Shown piece by piece: positions 26,798 through 37,050 of a stretch of DNA of 64,000 nt (its first letter is position 1; every line of letters starts with the position of its first letter). The notes under the pieces are model-generated. The model had not been told where the DNA came from, searched no databases, and saw nothing but the letters and a program-made list of their open reading frames with translations. Location: positions 71,218-135,217 of the forward strand of contig JBHPFN010000001.1 in assembly GCA_042571725.1 (NCBI GenBank), written 5' to 3'. Source of the stretch: Candidatus Omnitrophota bacterium. GTDB taxonomy: Bacteria; Omnitrophota; Gorgyraeia; VGKH01; JBHPFN01. The translations under genes were made by a program, and so were the position numbers.

Positions 26798-27676
26798 CTA
26801 TCCTAACGCAAGGCCGTATTTCTTAATATTATTATCTGCTACTGCCTGAACGCGCTTCATCTCTTCCGGAGCCTTCACTACGTGCCTGAATCTTCCCTGC
26901 AATTTAAGATATTCTTCTACAGGCTTAGGTTTTATCTTCTGGACACCAGTCAATTCTCCGTCGGTGTATTCGAAGATCGGATACAATCCTGTCTCAACCG
27001 CAGCTCTGGCAACGGTAACTGTCTCAGCACCCAGATGTCTCCACCCTAAAGGACAAGGAACATGAATCTGAAGATATTTTGGGCCTTTTACTGAAATGGC
27101 TTTTTTTACCTTTTTTTGGATGTCTTTTGGAAATGCGGTTGAGGCGGTTGCCACATAAGGAATCCCGTGGGCGCGTGCGATTTCCGGAATAGGTTTTTTA
27201 TCTCTTGGGTTTCCAAACGACGCCTTTCCCGGAGGAGAAGTCGTCGTGTTGGTATCAAAAGGAGTTAAGCCGCTTCTCTGAATTCCTGTATTCATATAGG
27301 CTTCGTTATCGTAGCAAACCGATAAAATATCATGGCCTCTCTCCCACATCCCCGAAAGAGCCTGTAGGCCGATATCTGCGGTACCGCCGTCACCGGCTTG
27401 GGAAATGACATTAATATTTTCTTTCTTACCTAAATACCGCAGAGCTGCTTCTATCCCTGAGGAAACCGCACCTGCATTCTCAAACAAAGAATGAATAAAC
27501 GGTACTTCCCAAGCTGTCTCCGGATACTTTGTGGTGAACACTTCAAGACACCCGGTGTTATTGGCGATAATCGTATTCTCTCCCGCAACCTCAAGCACCA
27601 ACCGTGCGGCAATCGCCTGGCCACACCCGGCACAAGCAGTGTGTCCAGAATTAAACATTACTTTATTTTCCGACAT
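26798..27676 (-). CDS. porB: 2-oxoacid:ferredoxin oxidoreductase beta subunit (TPP-binding)
   Basis: N-terminal SGHTACAGCG and GDG TPP-binding motifs. Confidence 0.85.
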   Translation of the reverse strand: MSENKVMFNSGHTACAGCGQAIAARLVLEVAGENTIIANNTGCLEVFTTKYPETAWEVPFIHSLFENAGAVSSGIEAALRYLGKKENINVISQAGDGGTADIGLQALSGMWERGHDILSVCYDNEAYMNTGIQRSGLTPFDTNTTTSPPGKASFGNPRDKKPIPEIARAHGIPYVATASTAFPKDIQKKVKKAISVKGPKYLQIHVPCPLGWRHLGAETVTVARAAVETGLYPIFEYTDGELTGVQKIKPKPVEEYLKLQGRFRHVVKAPEEMKRVQAVADNNIKKYGLALG

Positions 27677-28847
27677 ATTTTTCCTCCAGAAGTTCTTTCT
27701 TCACATCAATAAATTCACAGTCAACTTGTTCTCCTGAGAGCCTCTCAACTATCTGTCTGATTGAATTCTTGGTAATGTCCCTTCCGCCTAATCCGATGAC
27801 AAATCCGCTAACCTTCGGAACTGTCCTTTGCCCTAAATATATCGAGGTTAAATCAGTATAGAGCGGACCATTCAATCCTAAGGAAATTGACTTATCAACA
27901 ACGGCGATTTCCGAGACATCCTTTAATGCGTCTAAAATCGCATGCTTGGGAAATGGTCTATAGGTAACTACTTTTAATGCACCAACCTTCTTTCCCTCAT
28001 TGCGTAAATCGTCGACCGTCTCTTTTATGGTTCCTGTAATCGAGCCCATCGAAACAATTACCTGCTGTGCACCTTCTAACCTATAGCCTTCGACAAGACC
28101 GGGTAATTCTCGACCGAATACCTTTTTAAACTCTGCGGTAAGCTCGGGAATAATCTTTAAGACGTCTTCATGAGTTTTCTGAATCGCGATGCGTGTTTCC
28201 ATATAATGTTCTGGTGTAGCCAAACATCCCAGCGTCATAGGATCGCTTGGATCTAATTTGTACAGCGGCTTATACGCAGGTAAAAATTTGTCTACCTCCT
28301 CTTGAGAAGGCATATCAACCGTCTCGAGCCCGTGCGTTAAGATGTAGCCATCTAAATTAACCATTGCCGGTAGCATGACACGATGATCTTCGCTGAGTCG
28401 GTATCCTAAAAGGTGTAAATCAGCTACCTCTTGATTATTTTCACCGAACATTAAAATCCAACCACTGTCTCTGACTGCCATGACATCCTGTTGATCATTC
28501 CAGATGCTAATGGGAGCTGATACTGCGCGGTTGGCACAGGCCAATACAAGCGGCAGACGCATCCCGGCAATATTAAAGATAACCTCTGCCATCAATAAAA
28601 GTCCTTGGGAACTCGTGGCGGTAAATGAACGCACTCCGGTTGCGACTGCACCTAACACGGTTGAGGCGGCAGAATGTTCGCTCTCAACATTGACAAACTG
28701 GCAGTTGAGTTCTCCGTCGGCAACAAACTGCGCCAGGCCCTCAACAATATGCGTCTGGGGGGTAATCGGATATGCTGAAATTACTCCGGGTTTACAGAGC
28801 TTGACGATTTCAGCTATTGCATGTGAACCTTCGATAAACTTTTTCAT
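27663..28847 (-). CDS. porA: 2-oxoacid:ferredoxin oxidoreductase alpha subunit
   Basis: Similarity to POR alpha. Operon position. Confidence 0.85.
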   Translation of the reverse strand: MKKFIEGSHAIAEIVKLCKPGVISAYPITPQTHIVEGLAQFVADGELNCQFVNVESEHSAASTVLGAVATGVRSFTATSSQGLLLMAEVIFNIAGMRLPLVLACANRAVSAPISIWNDQQDVMAVRDSGWILMFGENNQEVADLHLLGYRLSEDHRVMLPAMVNLDGYILTHGLETVDMPSQEEVDKFLPAYKPLYKLDPSDPMTLGCLATPEHYMETRIAIQKTHEDVLKIIPELTAEFKKVFGRELPGLVEGYRLEGAQQVIVSMGSITGTIKETVDDLRNEGKKVGALKVVTYRPFPKHAILDALKDVSEIAVVDKSISLGLNGPLYTDLTSIYLGQRTVPKVSGFVIGLGGRDITKNSIRQIVERLSGEQVDCEFIDVKKELLEEKYVGK

Positions 28848-29110
28848 TTTTCCTCTTCTCCTTCGGGAATCATTTCAATATCTTTTTTCGGACAGATAAA
28901 TGCACACAACCCACAACCTTTGCAATAATCAGGGTCATTTTTGTAAGAATTTTTCTCCTTACCAGCAATACACCCTTCAGGACAAATCGTCACGCATAGA
29001 TTACAAGCAATACATTCTTTTTGTAAAAACCTTGGCTTTACATCAATACGCCACGAGCCGGTTTTATTCGCTCTGCTCGATTTCGGTCTTGCAACTAAAG
29101 GACCAAACAT
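28844..29110 (-). CDS. porD: 2-oxoacid:ferredoxin oxidoreductase delta subunit (2x 4Fe-4S)
   Basis: CIACNLCVTICP and CKGCGLCAFICP motifs. Confidence 0.8.
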   Translation of the reverse strand: MFGPLVARPKSSRANKTGSWRIDVKPRFLQKECIACNLCVTICPEGCIAGKEKNSYKNDPDYCKGCGLCAFICPKKDIEMIPEGEEEK

Positions 29111-29122
29111 TATTTTTCTCCT

Positions 29123-29668
29123 CTATTTTTGTTTTTTAATAAAATCAAAGCCGCGCTTTGCTGCCTCGACATTTACCTCTGCAAGCTTTCCTGTAAATCG
29201 CTCGTTTACAGCCTTAGAGACTGACTCAAAATTCATCTGACCCGTTGCTGCAGCAAATGCCCCAATAAGAGTAGTATTTCCTAGAGGTTTTCCGATAACC
29301 TCCATAGCAATTTTATTTGCAGGCACGACAAAACACTTTTGTTTCTTTTCTGGTTTTGGTGCCTCGAGGCCCTCGCGCTCATTAATTAATGCGATTCCAT
29401 CAGGGTTTAAGCTAGTGAAACAATTAAAACCACGCATCAAGGTGGCATCTACAATAATTACATAGTCAGGGTTATAAATCTGGCTTCGCAAGCGGATAGG
29501 CTTATCGTCAACTCGAACAAACGCATTCATTGGGGCACCCATTCTGGCTGCGCCGAAATGAGGAAATGCGTAGGCATATTTTCCCTCTTGAAACAGTGCC
29601 TGGCCTAGAATGGTAGCGGTGGTAATCGCTCCCTGGCCAGCACGAGCATAAATCTTGATTTCTTTCAT
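29123..29668 (-). CDS. porG: 2-oxoacid:ferredoxin oxidoreductase gamma subunit
   Basis: POR gamma family. First gene of the porGDAB cluster. Confidence 0.8.
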   Translation of the reverse strand: MKEIKIYARAGQGAITTATILGQALFQEGKYAYAFPHFGAARMGAPMNAFVRVDDKPIRLRSQIYNPDYVIIVDATLMRGFNCFTSLNPDGIALINEREGLEAPKPEKKQKCFVVPANKIAMEVIGKPLGNTTLIGAFAAATGQMNFESVSKAVNERFTGKLAEVNVEAAKRGFDFIKKQK

Positions 29669-29711
29669 TACAGCTCCTTTTTGGAAATTAAAGAGTTAGG
29701 AATGTCTTTCT

Positions 29712-29740
29712 ATTATAGTAAGTAACGTTTTTTGAATCAA
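29712..29740 (-). promoter_or_regulatory. Sigma70 promoter for the por operon: -35 TTGATT (29735-29740), 17-nt spacer, -10 TATAAT (29712-29717)
   Basis: Read on the minus strand in the 112-bp gap upstream of porG. Confidence 0.45.
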
Positions 29741-29780
29741 GCTTTTATTTCAGTCTTTTTTCTACTACAGAGCAATGTTT

Positions 29781-30377
29781 CTACCCTAATAACGATTTTA
29801 CGGTAGTCGTTTTTACGCCTTTTGCCCTTAGCAGCTGCAAGGTTTTTTTTCCTGCCTTTTTATCTACGGGCTTTACCGTATCGTGCACGAGACGAATATC
29901 TTTTTTTAATTTTAGCAATCCTAAGCAGCAGGCCTTTACGCAATAGTCTGTGGCAACTCCGTAGACATACAAGGTGTCGGCGTAGCGAAAGAGCGACTTT
30001 GCGCTCGGATTAGAAAAGATATCAAAGGTATTCTTCTCAATAATAAGCTGGGGATAGGAATGTAGCGCCCTCGTAAGAAAACGCGTTGAGTACTTTTTTC
30101 GTTTTAAACGAATCCGCTTCTTAAGTAACGTCTCTTTTATCTTCCGCTGCCCTAAAGATCCCTCAATGCAATGACCGGGAAACTGTTTAAATTCTTGATC
30201 CTTTTTCGAATGCGTATCGACCGAAGCGATAATAGGAATATCTTTCTTCTGAGCATGCGCGGTTAATTTTTTTAGGCGGGGGATGATCGATTCGGCACCA
30301 GGCACATAGAGCGCTCCTCTTCTGTGCATAAAGTCAGACTGCGTATCGATATCAACAAAAAAAATCCTTTTTCTCAC
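29781..30377 (-). CDS. pncA: Isochorismatase-family hydrolase, probably nicotinamidase
   Basis: Isochorismatase fold (FVDIDTQSDF...). 4-nt overlap with pncB. Confidence 0.65.
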   Translation of the reverse strand: MRKRIFFVDIDTQSDFMHRRGALYVPGAESIIPRLKKLTAHAQKKDIPIIASVDTHSKKDQEFKQFPGHCIEGSLGQRKIKETLLKKRIRLKRKKYSTRFLTRALHSYPQLIIEKNTFDIFSNPSAKSLFRYADTLYVYGVATDYCVKACCLGLLKLKKDIRLVHDTVKPVDKKAGKKTLQLLRAKGVKTTTVKSLLG

Positions 30378-31750
30378 TGGGAGCGCTTTTTAATGTTTTT
30401 TACTACTTTCTTGGTCAAGCTTTTAAGCTGAGGACTAATGACCACGGGGTAGGGTATGGCGCCTTTTAACTTTTTATATCGTTCAGGCAACCTGGTAAGA
30501 TTATCTTGAGTGAAACGTCGTATGTCATCCAGGGGAGGAGGGTCGTAGTCAATCCTGCCTGAATCCATGACTTTTTCTAGCAGTGGTTTTCCGTCGATAT
30601 GTTCATCTTCAAGTGCTAAAATATCTTTTGCAAATAATCCCTTTTCCAGCACTCTAAATACCTGTTTTCTCCCGGGATGAGTCACTTTTGCCTGGCTTAA
30701 CTTCATGGTAGGTAAAAACTCACCTGTTGCATCTGTGACTTCGCAGATCTTATAAATGACATCGCTGTACGGTGCATCTTCAGAAACACCCATATTGGTG
30801 CCCACGCCAAAGCTATCAATAGGAGCTTTTGCAGCAAGCAGTTCTTCAATTTTAAACTCATCTAGATTGCCGCTGGCAAATATTTTTACCTTTTGTAATC
30901 GTTCGGCATCAAGCATCATTCTAATTTTCTTCGAAAGCTTCACGAGATTGCCACTATCGAGGCGTATGCCTTTAAGCATAAAACCGGCTTTGTCTAACTC
31001 ATGTGCAACAGCAATTGCATTTTTAATACCCTTAATATTATCGTAGGTATCGATAAGTAAAATAGAATCGTCGGGAAATGTGTGAACAAATGCCTTAAAG
31101 CTATCGGCCTCACTCTCAAACGACATTACAAACGAATGCGCCATGGTACCTACCACGGGGATTTTATCGCGAAGGCCGGCTAAAACATTAGAAGTCCCTT
31201 TAAAGCCTGCGATGTACGATGAGCGCGCCACTTTAAGTGCTGCATCAGCACCGTGGGTCCTGCGGAGTGCAAAATCGTATACCCCTTTACCCTTGGCTGC
31301 GCTTACCACGCGTGCAGCCTTTGTAGTAATTGTCGTCTGTAGATTAATCGTATTAAGTAAAAAGCTTTCCGCCAATTGAGCCTCAATAATCGGCGCGACC
31401 ACCCGAAGCAAAGGCTCATTCGGAAAACAGATCTCTCCTTCGCGCATCGCCCATACGTCTCCGGTAAACCGCAGTTTGGCTAAGTACTCTAAGAAATCTT
31501 CTTTGAAACGGTTTTGCTTGCTTAAGAATTCAATCGCATCAGCATCAAAGTGAAAATTGCTTAAGAAATCCAATGCATCCTCAAGCCCTGCGGCAACGAA
31601 ATATGAACGATTGGCAGGCAAATTGCGAATGAATAAGTCGAACACCGCCTTGGCATCCTTTTTGTATACAAAGTAACTGGCGGCCATGGCGAACTCATAA
31701 AAATCGGTTAAAAGAGCTGTATTATTAGATTTCGTTGTTTGTTCAAGCAT
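30374..31750 (-). CDS. pncB: Nicotinate phosphoribosyltransferase
   Basis: NAPRTase family similarity across the length. 458 aa. Confidence 0.8.
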   Translation of the reverse strand: MLEQTTKSNNTALLTDFYEFAMAASYFVYKKDAKAVFDLFIRNLPANRSYFVAAGLEDALDFLSNFHFDADAIEFLSKQNRFKEDFLEYLAKLRFTGDVWAMREGEICFPNEPLLRVVAPIIEAQLAESFLLNTINLQTTITTKAARVVSAAKGKGVYDFALRRTHGADAALKVARSSYIAGFKGTSNVLAGLRDKIPVVGTMAHSFVMSFESEADSFKAFVHTFPDDSILLIDTYDNIKGIKNAIAVAHELDKAGFMLKGIRLDSGNLVKLSKKIRMMLDAERLQKVKIFASGNLDEFKIEELLAAKAPIDSFGVGTNMGVSEDAPYSDVIYKICEVTDATGEFLPTMKLSQAKVTHPGRKQVFRVLEKGLFAKDILALEDEHIDGKPLLEKVMDSGRIDYDPPPLDDIRRFTQDNLTRLPERYKKLKGAIPYPVVISPQLKSLTKKVVKNIKKRSQ

Positions 31751-31771
31751 AGCGCATCACCATTTTTCTTT

Positions 31772-32284
31772 CTATTCTGATTGTTCTGTGAATTTTTCTT
31801 TATAATCCGCTGGAAACTCGTGCTTAGTCTCGATAACAATGCCTTGCTTATTAATCAGTACATACGTCGGCACGCCGATAATGTGATACTGGCTTGACAC
31901 ATCTTCGTTTTCATCCAAAAATATTGGATACGAAACAGAATATCTGTCTACGTATTCCTGCACTCGGCTCTGTTTCTCGCCTAAATCGATTGCCAATAAC
32001 TCAACACCATTACTTTGTATTTTCGAGTATTCTGTGTTGAGGGTCCGGATTCCACTGCGGCAATTAGGACACCAGGTAGTCCAGAAAAAAAGTATAATGG
32101 GTTTTTTGCCTTTCCACTCAGAAAGGCTTACCTCGTTTCCTCGTAAATCGGAAAGAGTAAATTCCGGGGCTTCTTTATTAATAATCAGCTGCGAAAACGG
32201 CATCATTGCAAGCGCATTACCTATCAACAAACAGATACACAACACGCAAAGAAACGCTGTTATACTATTTTGCTTCATATTCAT
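31772..32284 (-). CDS. TlpA-like thiol-disulfide oxidoreductase (thioredoxin fold, exported)
   Basis: Signal peptide. WCPNC active-site motif. Confidence 0.65.
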   Translation of the reverse strand: MNMKQNSITAFLCVLCICLLIGNALAMMPFSQLIINKEAPEFTLSDLRGNEVSLSEWKGKKPIILFFWTTWCPNCRSGIRTLNTEYSKIQSNGVELLAIDLGEKQSRVQEYVDRYSVSYPIFLDENEDVSSQYHIIGVPTYVLINKQGIVIETKHEFPADYKEKFTEQSE

Positions 32285-32955
32285 AATAGCATCCTTCCTG
32301 TTTTAATTAAAAAGTAAATGCCAATCCCGACTAATACAAGACCACCGATTCTCTTTACCCATAACATCCATCTGCCAGGTTTGGGCAGACTTACCAGCAA
32401 GCTACTAAAAGTTCCTGTTAAGACAAGCGTAAATCCCATACCAAAGGCAAAGGTAAACAACAATGACGTGGCTAAAATCAGATTTTGCTTGCTTGCGACA
32501 TAGAGCAATAATGATGAAACAATAGGAAATACACACGGTCCAATTGCTAAGCCGGAAATCAAGCCAAATATAAACAGCGAGATAAAATCTCCCTTGGGAG
32601 TTTTACGCTGTAGTGAGATCTGACGAACCGGTAATCGAATCACCTCTGCCATAGATAAACCGAATACGATACAGGCTACCCCAATTACCGCATACGAGAC
32701 AGGATGAGAACTAATCTTACCGAACAGCGTTCCGGTTAAGCCTGCGATGAGACCTAAAATCGAGTAGGTAACCGCGATGCCAGAGACATACACTAAACTT
32801 AAATAGAGCCCTCTGCTTCTCGATCCTTCTGCCTTGGGGGCAATCACGCTTAATGTAATGGGAATGAGCGGATATATGCACGGGGTAAAACTTACTATCA
32901 CCCCGGCTCCGAAAACTGAAAAATAATCAATTACCTTTACGACGTACGGATCCAT
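32281..32955 (-). CDS. ccdA: Cytochrome c-type biogenesis / thiol-disulfide transporter CcdA (DsbD core)
   Basis: Polytopic membrane protein with conserved Cys in TM1 and TM4. Confidence 0.75.
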   Translation of the reverse strand: MDPYVVKVIDYFSVFGAGVIVSFTPCIYPLIPITLSVIAPKAEGSRSRGLYLSLVYVSGIAVTYSILGLIAGLTGTLFGKISSHPVSYAVIGVACIVFGLSMAEVIRLPVRQISLQRKTPKGDFISLFIFGLISGLAIGPCVFPIVSSLLLYVASKQNLILATSLLFTFAFGMGFTLVLTGTFSSLLVSLPKPGRWMLWVKRIGGLVLVGIGIYFLIKTGRMLL

Positions 32956-33250
32956 CTATCCAATCAAGATATGGTTTGTACCCTGCAACGATAGGTAATG
33001 CAATAATCTCTGGGACATCATAGCTGTGCAGAGACCTCACCTTTGTAATCAATCTTTTGAAAAGTGACTTTTTCGTTTTAATAACGAGCAACGCCTCTTT
33101 GGCGGAGTCAACCTTATTATCCCACCAAAAAAGCGACTGCACCGGATTAACAATGTTTACGCAGGCAGCTAATTTTTCTTTAATGAGCGCCTGTGCGATT
33201 TTTTTTGCCTGCGCAATGTTTGCGGCCGTAACGAATACAACGATCTTCAT
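32927..33250 (-). CDS. cutA: Divalent-cation tolerance protein CutA
   Basis: 107-aa CutA1 fold; ...AACVNI...SLFWW... motif. Confidence 0.75.
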   Translation of the reverse strand: MKIVVFVTAANIAQAKKIAQALIKEKLAACVNIVNPVQSLFWWDNKVDSAKEALLVIKTKKSLFKRLITKVRSLHSYDVPEIIALPIVAGYKPYLDWIDGSVRRKGN

Positions 33251-33268
33251 AACTTAAACGCACTCCTT

Positions 33269-33502
33269 TTATGAACCTAAAAGCTTCTCAATCCGCTCTT
33301 GGTCAAACCCTACGATGACTTCCTTATCCACTGCAATCACGGGAACTCCCATCTGACCGGAAAGCTTAATCATCTCATCAAGCTTGCTTCGATCTGAAGA
33401 GACATCGATATTTTCGTAACTGACCCCTTTTTGATTCAAATAGTCTTTTGCCTTTATGCAATAGGGGCACGTCGGCGTTGAGTAGACCTTTACCGTAGCC
33501 AT
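33269..33502 (-). CDS. Glutaredoxin-like protein
   Basis: CPYC active site. 77 aa. Confidence 0.7.
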   Translation of the reverse strand: MATVKVYSTPTCPYCIKAKDYLNQKGVSYENIDVSSDRSKLDEMIKLSGQMGVPVIAVDKEVIVGFDQERIEKLLGS

Positions 33503-33519
33503 TGCTTCCTCCTTAGAAT

Positions 33520-33999
33520 TTAACCGTGAATTTTCTTAGTTAGCTTCGCTATTCTCTGGCCGAACCTCACGCACTGTTTGTGTGCGCGTGCGTCGGGCGC
33601 ACTAATGGAAACCGGCCCATAGTGGTCACCCATCGGGTCACCTTGGATAATCATACCATGAATGAGCATTGCATTCAAGATATCTAACACCGTGGTTTCA
33701 TTGCCACCACCGATGTTAGCACTGGAGGAAAACGCCCCTCCTACCTTTCCATTTAAACTACCATGAAATTTCACCGAATCATCAAACAGTAGTTTTATTT
33801 GGTAGCTCATGCTACCGTAATATACAGGAGAGCCGACAATAATTGTATCAGCTGTCTGAAGCTCTTTTGCCTTTGTATCCTCTACCTTTTTAAGCTCAAC
33901 TTCAACTCCGCCTTCTTTTTCAATGCCTTCCACTATGAGCTCTGCCATTTTTTTAGTATTGCCGGATTGGCTGTAGTAAATTACTAATGCTCTTGCCAT
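33520..33999 (-). CDS. Flavodoxin-like FMN reductase (WrbA/NADPH-dependent FMN reductase family)
   Basis: N-terminal YYSQSGNTKKMAE flavodoxin signature. Confidence 0.6.
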   Translation of the reverse strand: MARALVIYYSQSGNTKKMAELIVEGIEKEGGVEVELKKVEDTKAKELQTADTIIVGSPVYYGSMSYQIKLLFDDSVKFHGSLNGKVGGAFSSSANIGGGNETTVLDILNAMLIHGMIIQGDPMGDHYGPVSISAPDARAHKQCVRFGQRIAKLTKKIHG

Positions 34000-34050
34000 A
34001 GCAACCTCCTTATGCCTATTGAGTTTTTATTTACGTTGAGAGCAAATTTT

Positions 34051-35016
34051 CTATACCGCCTCTATTGTCGATGGTGGTTTGGTGGCGAGGTTATAGGTAA
34101 CACTTACCACACCGTCAACTTCAGAGACAATTCTATCAGCTAGCTTGCGTAACGTATCAAACGGGATATTCGTTGGTTGAGCCTCACGTGCATCAACACT
34201 ATCCCAGCAGCGGATTTCAATCTGCATGCCAAACTCCCGCTTATTATTACGCATACCGGTAACCCTATCTTGATGCAGAATCGCCATATATTGGAATGCA
34301 TTAGTTGAACAAAGTAACTCTTCAGTGATTATAGTGGCCTGACGTACAATCTCAATGCGCTCAGGCGTTGCTTCTCCAATTACCCTGGCAGAAAGTGCCG
34401 GTCCGGGAAACGGAATTCTCTTGAATATTGAACCAGGCAACCCTAATGACTCTGCAAGTTTTCGAACACCGTCTTTGCGAAGTTGCACTAAGGGCTCAAT
34501 AATTTTATACCCAAAGGCCTGCTGAGGGTCAATACCAAGCTGCTCAAACACATTGTGTTGTCGTTTTATCCCTGCGATGGTCTCATCGACATCGGTAAGG
34601 ATAGTGCCTTGTAACAGAAATTTTGCACCGCTGTCTTTGACGAGTTTTCCAAATACATCCTTATAGAACGTCTGCGTAATAGCTTCCCGTTTTTCTTCAG
34701 GATCGGTTATACCTTTTAAGGCGTTAAAAAAGTTTTTTCGTGCGTCAACAATCTCAACGTCTACTCCATGATTTCTAAATAATGATGCAATTTGTTCTGG
34801 CTCATCTTTTCGCATAAGGCCGTTATCGATAAAATACGTCTTAAGCCGATTACCCAGTGCTTTATGTCCCAACATGGTTACTGCGGAAGAATCTACTCCA
34901 CCCGAAAGAGCGTTTATCGCCACGCCTTTTCCTACGGTATCAGAAATTTCTTTTCTTTTGGTCGTAATAAATTCTTCTGGCTTAAGTGTACTTACCTGAA
35001 TCTCTTTTGCTTCCAT
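34051..35016 (-). CDS. GMP synthase ATP-pyrophosphatase subunit (GuaA C-terminal-type, no GATase domain)
   Basis: PP-loop SGGVDSS. C-terminal PFPGPALSARV GMP-synthase dimerisation motif. Confidence 0.65.
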   Translation of the reverse strand: MEAKEIQVSTLKPEEFITTKRKEISDTVGKGVAINALSGGVDSSAVTMLGHKALGNRLKTYFIDNGLMRKDEPEQIASLFRNHGVDVEIVDARKNFFNALKGITDPEEKREAITQTFYKDVFGKLVKDSGAKFLLQGTILTDVDETIAGIKRQHNVFEQLGIDPQQAFGYKIIEPLVQLRKDGVRKLAESLGLPGSIFKRIPFPGPALSARVIGEATPERIEIVRQATIITEELLCSTNAFQYMAILHQDRVTGMRNNKREFGMQIEIRCWDSVDAREAQPTNIPFDTLRKLADRIVSEVDGVVSVTYNLATKPPSTIEAV

Positions 35017-35196
35017 TTTCTCCTCCTTTTAAGTTAAATGATTTTTTTGAGATCTCTATTGAACGGTATGGTGCTGCCGGTTATCTTATAAGAATACCTG
35101 TCTTTGCCTCCGCGTGCAAATGAAAATTTTCTGAGTCATGCATGCTAGCGTGCCGTAGATTAATTCTGAAATCAATGCAAATGCGCTACTCCGACC

Positions 35197-36045
35197 CTAG
35201 ACATGAACACACCCTTGTAAAAAACTATCAATGCATTGAGGAAGACTTGCGCTATACCCTCCCTCCAACACACAGAACACAGGAATGCGCAATTGAAAAA
35301 CTAGCTGAGCGATTTTTTTATAACTTTCAACCGTAAGTACAATACCCGCCAGAGGATCGTCGATAAAGGTATCAAAACCGCAGGACATTCCAATTAAATG
35401 TGGCTTAAACTGTGCAATTTTTTCTACTGCTGCGCGCAACACCTGCAAATACCCTTCTTCATCTGTTCCTGCAGGCAGGGGAAAATTCAAACAATTATCC
35501 TCTGAGCGCATGCCTGTTCCAGGATAGAGCGGGCTTTGATGAAGCGAGATAAACAACACTTCTTTTTCTCCTTTAAAAATATCTTCAGTGCCGTTTCCGT
35601 GATGTACGTCTATATCGAGAATTGCGATTCTCTCTGCCTTGGATAAAATCTTTTTTGCAGCAACTGCGATTTTATTAAAATAACAAAAGCCACCGATATT
35701 TTTCTTTGTTGCATGATGTCCCGGCGGCCGCATTAAAGAAAATCCAAAATCACCGCTCAAGGAAAGCTCCGCTGCCTGAATCGCCGCCCCTGCCGAAAGA
35801 AGCGCATGCGTAAATATCCCGTCGAAAAAAGGTGTGTCTGCATCAAAAAAGTTTCCAGTTTTAACCTGTTCAATAAGGCTCTTTGTATGGACTAATGCAA
35901 TATCGCTTTCGCTGGCCGGAATTGGTTCGATTAAATTATATCCCTTACTTTTAAGAAACTCATAGCTCCTCTTCACCCGCAGCGGGCTCTCGGGATGTCC
36001 TGGTTGACCATACTCTGTACATCGTAAACTTGAGATAATTTTCAT
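35197..36045 (-). CDS. Histone deacetylase-family protein (acetoin utilisation AcuC / acetylpolyamine amidohydrolase-like)
   Basis: DIDVHHGNGTEDIF catalytic motif. Confidence 0.75.
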   Translation of the reverse strand: MKIISSLRCTEYGQPGHPESPLRVKRSYEFLKSKGYNLIEPIPASESDIALVHTKSLIEQVKTGNFFDADTPFFDGIFTHALLSAGAAIQAAELSLSGDFGFSLMRPPGHHATKKNIGGFCYFNKIAVAAKKILSKAERIAILDIDVHHGNGTEDIFKGEKEVLFISLHQSPLYPGTGMRSEDNCLNFPLPAGTDEEGYLQVLRAAVEKIAQFKPHLIGMSCGFDTFIDDPLAGIVLTVESYKKIAQLVFQLRIPVFCVLEGGYSASLPQCIDSFLQGCVHV

Positions 36046-36048
36046 ATC

Positions 36049-36798
36049 TTACGTTACGATAATAACTGAAATCATGCGCCCTGTTTTTTTACCTTCCCTT
36101 CTATACGAAAAAAACCTTTTGTCGCAACAGGTACATATCTTACAATCAAAAATATTCTTTTTTCTTACTCCGGCTTTAAGGAGCTGAGATGCGTTGGCTT
36201 TTATCAAGTCGAAAAAAAGCTTATCACCATTGCGGATAAGAAATCTTTGAGAAAAATAGTTCTTAAACTCACTACCCACCTCATAACAACAACTTCGTAT
36301 TGCAGGGCCAAAAAAAACAATGAGGTCTTTTGGATTTATTTTATATTTTCTCTGTAATCTAGCGATTGCTTTTTGCGCGATTCTTTTATTGCTTCCTTTC
36401 CAACCAGCGTGAAGTATACATGCTGTCTTTGTTGCAGGATCAAAAAGCGAGATCGCAAGGCAATCGGCGGTTAAAACTCCTAGCGGTAAGTTTTTTTCTT
36501 GTGTGAACAACCCATCGGTTCTTTTTATGGCTGCACGGTAACCAAATGCTCCTCGTCCTCTATGTTTTTTTCCCATGGAAACGACACGTGCACTATGTAC
36601 TTGCTGTGGTAAAATTAAATCTTTACAATCAATGTTAAGTTTGTCAAAAAATGCCTTGCGGTTTTTGCGAATCGTGCGCTTTGAGAAATTGCGAAAGCTG
36701 AAATTAAAGGTTTTATCACTAAAAGCAGCAATGAATGGATAGTTCTTTTTTTTAAAAAAGCGGATAGAATTTCTTTTCACAATATTAGATTGCTTCAA
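36049..36798 (-). CDS. pgeF: YfiH/PgeF-family purine-nucleoside / peptidoglycan-editing enzyme
   Basis: QVHSARVV and LTADC motifs of DUF152 / laccase-domain proteins. Confidence 0.7.
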   Translation of the reverse strand: MKQSNIVKRNSIRFFKKKNYPFIAAFSDKTFNFSFRNFSKRTIRKNRKAFFDKLNIDCKDLILPQQVHSARVVSMGKKHRGRGAFGYRAAIKRTDGLFTQEKNLPLGVLTADCLAISLFDPATKTACILHAGWKGSNKRIAQKAIARLQRKYKINPKDLIVFFGPAIRSCCYEVGSEFKNYFSQRFLIRNGDKLFFDLIKANASQLLKAGVRKKNIFDCKICTCCDKRFFSYRREGKKTGRMISVIIVT

Positions 36799-36824
36799 TG
36801 TAAGAATGAGGCAGGATAAATTTG

Positions 36825-37028
36825 TTATTGAAACACGACAGGTCCTGCATTGTCAGGGGCGTTTTTTAACCAGTCACGCTGGTCCTTGTATGTATCTTTA
36901 AGCTCCTTATCAAAACTTTTTCCGCCACCCATATCCTTAAATAAAACAAGTACGAGCGCACCAATTACTATAGCTAATATAAGAGTGTATTCTAAAACGC
37001 TCTGGCCCGAATAACTATTCAACTTCAT
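36825..37028 (-). CDS. Flp/Fap-type pilin (type IVb)
   Basis: MKLNSYSGQSVLEYTLILAIVIGAL... has the Flp G/XXXXEY processing motif. 67 aa. Confidence 0.5.
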   Translation of the reverse strand: MKLNSYSGQSVLEYTLILAIVIGALVLVLFKDMGGGKSFDKELKDTYKDQRDWLKNAPDNAGPVVFQ

Positions 37029-37050
37029 ATGTTTTCACCTCTTTTCCTTA

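Noticed and set aside
35017-35196. 180-bp intergenic region upstream of the GMP-synthase subunit, checked for a riboswitch or RNase P/6S-like RNA
   Set aside because: No recognisable conserved RNA motif, and only weak promoter-like hexamers (TTGCAC...TATTCT). It is most likely an ordinary promoter region.
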